A DNA stretch of 64,000 nt from a virus (taxonomy: Duplodnaviria > Caudoviricetes). The position numbers and the translations under genes are program-made. Under the pieces are notes generated by a model. It did no database searches. It was not told the origin of the DNA and saw only the letters and a program-made list of their open reading frames with translations. Below, one piece after another: positions 58,091 through 64,000 of the stretch. Where the stretch lies: positions 64,001-128,000 of the IMG/VR virus record IMGVR_UViG_3300027804_002812; one strand, 5' to 3'. How positions within the stretch are numbered: the first letter of the stretch is position 1; each line of letters begins with the position of its first letter.

Positions 58091-59184
58091 TGAAAAAAAT
58101 TGTAGTATTAGGTGGAGGAGGGTTCATAGGTGGACACCTTGCCAAAAGATTAAAAGAAGAAGGAAATCATGTACGAGTATGTGATATCAAGAAACATGAA
58201 TACTTCTTTCAAGACGAGTTTTGTCATGAATTTATTTTAGGAGATTTAACTGACCCCAAAGTTGTAGAATTAGTAATCGAAGAGGGTGTTGATGAAGTTT
58301 ATCAACTCGCGGCAGATATGGGTGGTGCTTTGTATATTTTCACAGGTGAACACGATGCGGATGTTATGTACAATTCCGCAACTATCAATCTTAATGTCGC
58401 TCGTGAAGCAGTTAAGAAAAAGGTAGGCAAACTATTTTACTCATCTTCGGCATGTATGTATCCTGAACACAATCAGTTGGATCCTGAAAATCCAAACTGT
58501 GAAGAATCTTCGGCGTATCCTGCTAATCCTGATTCAGAGTATGGTTGGGAAAAATTATTCTCTGAAAGATTATATTTGGCGTTTAGTAGAAACTATAAAT
58601 TGAATGTTAGAATTGCAAGATTCCACAACATATTCGGACCTCAGGGAACGTGGAATGGAGGTAGAGAGAAATCACCAGCGGCAATGTGTAGAAAGGCTGT
58701 CGAAACTGAAAATGGTGGGGAAATCGAAGTTTGGGGTAATGGATTACAAACTCGTTCATTTTTGTATGTTGACGAGTGTGTTGAAGCTGTTCTTAAATTA
58801 ATGGAATCTGATTTCGAAGGTCCTGTAAACATTGGTAGTGAAGAAATGGTAACAATTAACCAATTGGCTAAAATGGCAATAGAAATTGCAGAAAAAGATA
58901 TAACTATTAAAAATATTGAGGGAGAGGAATTTGTGCAGAAGTACGGTTTCAAATGTCCTTTAGGTGTTAAAGGGAGAAACTCTGATAATAAGCTATATCG
59001 AGAAAAAATTGGATGGGAGGTAAGTCAACCTCTATCAGTAGGATTACGGAAAACCTATCAATGGATTAAGTCTCAAGTTGATAAAAAACAAAATGAAACC
59101 GTATGGATTTATGAAAGTCCTGATGGGGGAGATACAGTTTATAAAAGAGAGTTAGGAAATACAGATAGACATAAAGTTAAATAA
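58090..59184 (+). CDS. GDP-mannose 3,5-epimerase-like extended SDR
   Basis: GGGGFIG, LAADMGG, SSACMYP, YGWEK, RFHNIFGP, GGREKSPAAMCRK, WGNGLQTRSF. Confidence 0.85.
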   Translation: MKKIVVLGGGGFIGGHLAKRLKEEGNHVRVCDIKKHEYFFQDEFCHEFILGDLTDPKVVELVIEEGVDEVYQLAADMGGALYIFTGEHDADVMYNSATINLNVAREAVKKKVGKLFYSSSACMYPEHNQLDPENPNCEESSAYPANPDSEYGWEKLFSERLYLAFSRNYKLNVRIARFHNIFGPQGTWNGGREKSPAAMCRKAVETENGGEIEVWGNGLQTRSFLYVDECVEAVLKLMESDFEGPVNIGSEEMVTINQLAKMAIEIAEKDITIKNIEGEEFVQKYGFKCPLGVKGRNSDNKLYREKIGWEVSQPLSVGLRKTYQWIKSQVDKKQNETVWIYESPDGGDTVYKRELGNTDRHKVK

Positions 59185-59190
59185 CTAAAC

Positions 59191-59925
59191 ATGGGTAGAT
59201 TAACAAAACCAAAACCAACGGCAACTTTACCTAGTGAAGAGGCTCCGATTAAAAATAAAAAACAACAAATCTGTTCAATAATTAAACGAAAAACTAAAGA
59301 AAAGTTTTTATCCGAAAGTCAAAAAGAATATTACGAAAAGTTAGTTAATAACCAAATTAGTATTTGTTCAGGACCTGCTGGTGTAGGAAAAAGTTATATT
59401 GCAATGAAATGTGCAGTTGATTTATTATCCGACCCAAATACTCCTTACGAAAAAATTATCATTGTAAGACCTGCCGTTGAAGCTGAAGAAAAATTAGGTA
59501 GTTTACCAGGCGGTGTTGAAGAAAAACTTGACCCATATATTTTTCCTTCATACTATCTATTAAATAAAATAATCGGTAAAGATACTAGAGAAAAATTAAA
59601 AGAAATCGAGGCAATAGAAGTATTCGCTTTAGCATATATGAGAGGAATGAATATTGATAATTCGATTTTGATTTTTGAAGAAGCTCAAAACTCAACCCCA
59701 AGTCAAATGAAATTGTTACTAACTAGAATTGGGTTCAACTCTAAGTTTTTTATATCAGGCGATTTAGAACAATTTGATAGACACAAAGATAAAACACAAA
59801 CAGGTCTTTGGGATGCTTTGAAAAAATTTCAAAATATGGGGGACATCGGTGTTTTTGAATTCAAATCTACAGATATTGTTAGAAATCCATTAATATCTAA
59901 AATATTAGAAAAGTACGAAGAATGA
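59191..59925 (+). CDS. phoH: PhoH-like ATPase
   Basis: GPAGVGKSY, RPAVE, LGSLPG, LAYMRG, EEAQN, RIG, GDLEQ, VRNPLI. Confidence 0.93.
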   Translation: MGRLTKPKPTATLPSEEAPIKNKKQQICSIIKRKTKEKFLSESQKEYYEKLVNNQISICSGPAGVGKSYIAMKCAVDLLSDPNTPYEKIIIVRPAVEAEEKLGSLPGGVEEKLDPYIFPSYYLLNKIIGKDTREKLKEIEAIEVFALAYMRGMNIDNSILIFEEAQNSTPSQMKLLLTRIGFNSKFFISGDLEQFDRHKDKTQTGLWDALKKFQNMGDIGVFEFKSTDIVRNPLISKILEKYEE

Positions 59926-60521
59926 GAATAGGGATTGAACTGAATGGGGTATTAAGAGACACTCTAAAAAAAATACAACAAGAATACGAAAAATGGTACC
60001 TAAATAATCCATTCAAAGAAGAAAATGAAGAAGATAACTTTGAATACGAAGTTTTATCTGATTTAACTTCATTAGACATTTTGAAACACTTGAAATTCAA
60101 AAATGAGGAGGAATTGTACGATTTCCTTTATAAAGAACATACGATGGAAATTTTTGGGCATGCCGGATCTGTAGAACCTTCAGGTCTTTTAGACTTGAAT
60201 GAATTTTACTTGGATATGAGAGAGTCACACGATATTATCATTGTCTCAGATGAGATTGGTAAATCAAAACCCGCATCGTTATTTTTTATTTCGAAATTCG
60301 GATGCTTAGTTGAATCCGTTAAATTTTATAGCGAAAGTACAATTAATTCTCTGTGGGATTCCGTAGACATTTTACTTACCGCAAATCCTAAACTATTATT
60401 AAACCACCCACAAAACAAAATTGTAATTAAATTCAACACGAGTTATAATAATGATGTTGAATCTAATTTTCATATTTCAAGTCTTAAGGAGTTAAAAACA
60501 AAAATACAAGAAATAATATGA
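59922..60521 (+). CDS. 5'(3')-deoxyribonucleotidase-like HAD protein with degenerate motif I
   Basis: MRIGIELNGVLRD (D->E, D->N versus DxDGV), KIVIKFNTSYN C-terminal pattern. Confidence 0.5.
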   Translation: MRIGIELNGVLRDTLKKIQQEYEKWYLNNPFKEENEEDNFEYEVLSDLTSLDILKHLKFKNEEELYDFLYKEHTMEIFGHAGSVEPSGLLDLNEFYLDMRESHDIIIVSDEIGKSKPASLFFISKFGCLVESVKFYSESTINSLWDSVDILLTANPKLLLNHPQNKIVIKFNTSYNNDVESNFHISSLKELKTKIQEII

Positions 60522-60802
60522 TACAGATATTTGGCGAAAATTATTTTATCGACTTAGATGAAATTGAAAACTATCTCGATATGAATCAAACTGACGACAG
60601 TGAAGATTCAGAGTCAGGAGTAACAGAAACAAAAATTAATATTATAAAATTCGAAATGGTCAAAATGTTATTAGACACTATTTTGAACGAACAAGAAATT
60701 GTTGACGAAAAACTTGGAATGAAATCTAATGCACAAGTAAGTATCCCATTTAGATTAGCATTCAATAGTTTATTAAATAAAAAACTTATCAATCATTATT
60801 AA
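60518..60802 (+). CDS. Hypothetical protein
   Basis: 94 aa, coupled to neighbours. Confidence 0.55.
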   Translation: MIQIFGENYFIDLDEIENYLDMNQTDDSEDSESGVTETKINIIKFEMVKMLLDTILNEQEIVDEKLGMKSNAQVSIPFRLAFNSLLNKKLINHY

Positions 60803-60803
60803 T

Positions 60804-61856
60804 ATGGAAAACCAATTTCAAGAAAAAGTAAAACAGTCCATTAAGATTTTAAGAGACAAAGAAGCCAGAATATATTTTTTAGTCCAAGATACTAAAGGTA
60901 ACGCTAAGGCTTCAGTAAGGCTCATATATCAAATGGCAAAAACATTAAAAGATAATGGATTTAATCCAATTATACTTCATGAAAAGGCTGATTATGCAGG
61001 TGTTGTTGCATGGTTAGATGAAGAGTACATGTCAATACCTCACAGAGCAATTGAAGGACAAAATTTAGAAATCTCACCAGAAGATTTTTTAGTTATTCCT
61101 GAAATTTTTGGATATGTAATGGACCAAGTAAAACAACTTCCTTGTGCCAAAATTGTTTTGACACAACAATATGCCCACATGTTAGAAACTTTACAACCAG
61201 GTCAAACATGGAACCAATTTGGGTTTTTGAAATGTATCACAACCTCAAGTAAACAGAAAGAATATATTGAAAGGGTCATGAGACAAATTTCTTTCGACAT
61301 CATTGACCCACTCATTAGTGAAGAGTTTACTCCTAAATCAAGTCCGGCAATGCCCATCATAGGAGTTCATGCAAAAGAACAGAGTGATGCGATTAATTTA
61401 ATTAAGACCTTCTATTTGAAATTTCCACAATATAGATGGTTCACGTTTAGAGACTTAAGAGGGTTGTCAGAAAAGGAATTTGCGAATTCTTTGAGAGATT
61501 GTTTTTTGAGTGTTTGGATTGACGACCATAGTGGTTTTGGTACGTTCCCACTTGAATCTATGAAATCAAATGTTCCTGTGATTGGAAAAGTTCCAAACTT
61601 GTCACCTGATTGGATGAGTGAAGAAAATGGTATTTGGGTTACAGACCAAACTTTATTACCTGATTTGGTTGCAGACTATGCTCAAAATTGGTTAGAAGAC
61701 AATATTGACCCACAAATTTTTGAAAAAATGAAGGAGACCGTTGAAAGATATACGGATAAACAAAAGTTTGAATCAACAGTAGTTTCTTTATTCGAAGGGT
61801 ATTTGACTACAAGAGCAGATTCATTCGAAAACCAAATTTCCAAAACAGAAGAATAA
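60804..61856 (+). CDS. GT-B fold glycosyltransferase-like protein
   Basis: 350 aa; IYQMAKTL, LVIPEI, SEKEFANSLRDCFLSVWID..SGFGTFPLESMKSNVPVIG. Confidence 0.65.
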   Translation: MENQFQEKVKQSIKILRDKEARIYFLVQDTKGNAKASVRLIYQMAKTLKDNGFNPIILHEKADYAGVVAWLDEEYMSIPHRAIEGQNLEISPEDFLVIPEIFGYVMDQVKQLPCAKIVLTQQYAHMLETLQPGQTWNQFGFLKCITTSSKQKEYIERVMRQISFDIIDPLISEEFTPKSSPAMPIIGVHAKEQSDAINLIKTFYLKFPQYRWFTFRDLRGLSEKEFANSLRDCFLSVWIDDHSGFGTFPLESMKSNVPVIGKVPNLSPDWMSEENGIWVTDQTLLPDLVADYAQNWLEDNIDPQIFEKMKETVERYTDKQKFESTVVSLFEGYLTTRADSFENQISKTEE

Positions 61857-61857
61857 T

Positions 61858-62664
61858 ATGAATAATACATTATCACTATCAGTAATACTACCTATAAAAT
61901 CCTCTAAAGCAAAAGATTTCGATGAGTATTTCGAAAAGGCAATTTTATCTCTTAAAAATCAACAAGTAGGATTTGAAGAATTAGTAATTGTTCATTCACA
62001 AGAACAATCCCTTATTGACTTATTGAACTCATATGATTTTGGGGACTTGAATGTAACAAAATTATTGTGGGACAAAGAACCAAATTACGCTAGTCAAGTA
62101 AACTTTGGTATTAAGAATGCAAAAGGGACTTGGATTTCTCTTTTTGAATTTGATGATGAATATTCATCAATATGGTTCAAAAATGTTAAGAAATATGTTG
62201 AATCATTTCCTGATGTTCAAATGTTCTTACCTGTTGTGGTAGAAACGGATGAGAAGGGATTGTTTGCAGGTTTCACAAATGAAGCAACATTCGCAGCTAA
62301 TTTCTCTCAAGAAATGGGTATCTTGACAAATGATACTTTACAAGAATATCAAAACTTCCAAACCGCAGGTTCTGTAATCAAAAAATCTGTTATCGAAGAT
62401 TTCGGAGGTTTCAAACCATCAATCAAACTAACTTTCATTTATGAGTTTTTATTAAGATTGACTTATAACTCCGTTACAGTTATGACAATCCCAAGACTTG
62501 GTTACAAACACGTAAATCTTAGAGAAGGTTCTATTTTTTGGAACTACAAATTCGGTGATAGTAAAATGATTGAGGATGAAGTAAAGTTTTGGATTCAAAC
62601 CGCAAAAAGAGAATATTTTTTCACGGACGACAGATCCATAAAATATCAATCTGAAAATGCTTAA
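61858..62664 (+). CDS. GT2-like glycosyltransferase
   Basis: 268 aa; SVILPI, NFGIKNAKGTWISLFEFDDEY, YEFLLRL. Confidence 0.7.
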   Translation: MNNTLSLSVILPIKSSKAKDFDEYFEKAILSLKNQQVGFEELVIVHSQEQSLIDLLNSYDFGDLNVTKLLWDKEPNYASQVNFGIKNAKGTWISLFEFDDEYSSIWFKNVKKYVESFPDVQMFLPVVVETDEKGLFAGFTNEATFAANFSQEMGILTNDTLQEYQNFQTAGSVIKKSVIEDFGGFKPSIKLTFIYEFLLRLTYNSVTVMTIPRLGYKHVNLREGSIFWNYKFGDSKMIEDEVKFWIQTAKREYFFTDDRSIKYQSENA

Positions 62665-63410
62665 TGCAAGATTCACTCTCTGCCACAACAGAGGATGTTT
62701 TATCAAAAAAAAGAGGTAGAAAGGCAGTTAAAGAAAATTATTTTGATGTAAGAGAAGAAGAGGCGGTTAGGAAATTCCTGATTGCCGAATCTTCATACGA
62801 AAAAAATAAAATCTATAATCAATTTTTAAGGTCCCCTTTAGATAAAATGATTTCCTCAATCATTAGACGATATAAGTTATATCGTAAAGATATGGATTTT
62901 GAGGAAATTCATACAGATACACATTCCTTTCTTATGACGAAAGTCGATAAGTTTAAGCCAGATAAAAATAAAAAGGCCTATTCTTATTTTGGGACTATCT
63001 GTAAAAATTATCTGATGGGCCAAATTATAAAGGACCAAAAAGAAACTAACCGAAAAATATCATACGAAGATATTTCATCAAGTCTCGAAGAAAGACCTGA
63101 TATGTCTTATAGAATTGATGATGATGTAATCGAAACTGATTATGTTATTAATGAATATTTGACAGAATTAAAAAATTATATTGAATCCGAACAGTTAAAT
63201 GATAACGAAAAAAAATTGGGTTATGCGTTAATTGATTTGTTTGATAATTATGAAACAATTTTTTCAGGGGCAGATAATAACAAGTTCAACAAGAATGTAA
63301 TATTATTATCACTCAGAGAGATGACTAACTTAAGTACTAAAGAAATACGTAGTTCAATTAAGAGATTCAAAAAATTATATGTAGTAATTCAATCAAGAAT
63401 CAAAAACTAA
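62664..63410 (+). CDS. Phage late sigma factor (T4 gp55-like)
   Basis: 248 aa; KVDKFKPDKNKKAYSYFGTICKNYL matches gp55 region-2 motif (NFDPEK..NPFAYFTQI); C-terminal helical LREMTNLSTKEIRSSI. Confidence 0.75.
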   Translation: MQDSLSATTEDVLSKKRGRKAVKENYFDVREEEAVRKFLIAESSYEKNKIYNQFLRSPLDKMISSIIRRYKLYRKDMDFEEIHTDTHSFLMTKVDKFKPDKNKKAYSYFGTICKNYLMGQIIKDQKETNRKISYEDISSSLEERPDMSYRIDDDVIETDYVINEYLTELKNYIESEQLNDNEKKLGYALIDLFDNYETIFSGADNNKFNKNVILLSLREMTNLSTKEIRSSIKRFKKLYVVIQSRIKN

Positions 63411-63429
63411 TAAAAAAGTATTTATAGAT

Positions 63430-63798
63430 ATGCCGAGACCTCAAAGAAAAGAAATCAATTTCACCAAAGATTCTATATTATCACTCATGCAAGAAATCTA
63501 TAACGAACTTGTTGAGCAAAGACAAACTGCAATTAGGATTCAGAATAAGATGTTAGCGATGCTAAAGGACCCATCCGATATGACTACTATTGGACCCGTA
63601 ATTGAAAAACAACAAAAAATCGTAAATGATTGTGTTGAGAAAAAACTCAATCTATCAAAATTACAGTCAAGTATTTGGGAAAAATCTAACAACAATAAAG
63701 AGGAATCGTTTTCTCTTGCAGATTTAGACGATGATTTGATACAAAATCTTATTGAGAAAGACGTTTCCAAAGATGAGGAATCTTACAAAATGAGATAA
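63430..63798 (+). CDS. Hypothetical coiled-coil late protein
   Basis: 122 aa; TATTTAT 4 nt upstream of ATG. Confidence 0.55.
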   Translation: MPRPQRKEINFTKDSILSLMQEIYNELVEQRQTAIRIQNKMLAMLKDPSDMTTIGPVIEKQQKIVNDCVEKKLNLSKLQSSIWEKSNNNKEESFSLADLDDDLIQNLIEKDVSKDEESYKMR

Positions 63799-63801
63799 AT
63801 T

Positions 63802-64000
63802 ATGCCATTAGATATAAATTCAGCTCAACAATCAATTCAAAGTAAAATTGACGCCTACAAAACTTACAGAGAGGTTTCACAATCAGAAAAAAGTCTTTTA
63901 GGTAAGTTGGGTAACTCCGCCACTGAGGCGACCTCCAAAATTTCAAGTCAATTAGATAAGGTTAGTGAATTTCAAAAAAGATTTCAAAGAGACCCTCCGA
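63802..64000 (+). CDS. Partial hypothetical protein (runs off window)
   Basis: MPLDINSAQQSIQSKIDAYKTYREVSQSEKSLLGKLG... open to 64000. Confidence 0.6.
   Translation, partial: MPLDINSAQQSIQSKIDAYKTYREVSQSEKSLLGKLGNSATEATSKISSQLDKVSEFQKRFQRDPP

Noticed and set aside
1-64000. Stop-codon reassignment (seen in some large phages)
   Set aside because: Long genes are intact in code 11 and TAA, TAG (polB, HNH) and TGA (chaperone) all end genes at sensible boundaries
1-64000. tRNA/rRNA genes, DGR template-variable repeat pair
   Set aside because: Intergenic gaps are too short for these RNAs, no cloverleaf seen, no reverse transcriptase or adenine-specific repeat pair found

Overview
A 64-kb segment of a large, AT-rich contractile-tailed (myovirus-type, probably jumbo) phage genome, read in the standard bacterial code. 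Four strand blocks: (1) 1-18027 (-): baseplate/tail/neck module (partial >=1008-aa ORF missed by the track, LysM/gp53-like wedge, 1709-aa tube-initiator-like protein with an OmpA-like insert, tape-measure-like protein, tail assembly chaperone, tube, HAD phosphatase, sheath, gp15-like and gp14-like proteins); (2) 18103-23732 (+): SNF2 helicase, RHH+HNH cassette, superoxide dismutase fused to a PD-(D/E)XK-like domain, gp13-like neck; (3) 23739-38391 (-): family B DNA polymerase, BppU-like protein, four glycosyltransferases (two HtrL-like, GT25-like, GT60-like) directly downstream of three Pro/Thr-repeat (mucin-like) proteins and a Gly-Ser/Thr collagen-like fibre; (4) 38444-64000 (+): small putative head proteins, a stand-alone WYL protein, and a gap-free 27-gene, 22-kb glycan-biosynthesis operon (with dut, nadE, phoH) whose last gene is a gp55-like late sigma factor. 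Best candidate for an undescribed system: a phage-encoded mucin-type protein O-glycosylation pathway (GT60 initiator + extension enzymes + nucleotide-sugar supply) next to its likely Thr-rich virion substrates. Other highlights: an unannotated ORF after the tail chaperone reachable by a +1 shift at UUU_CGU, a sense-strand TATTTAT late-promoter-like motif upstream of 14 genes, and the SOD-nuclease fusion. All family assignments are from motif recognition by eye; no database searches were run. No tRNA, rRNA, CRISPR array, intein or stop-codon recoding was seen.
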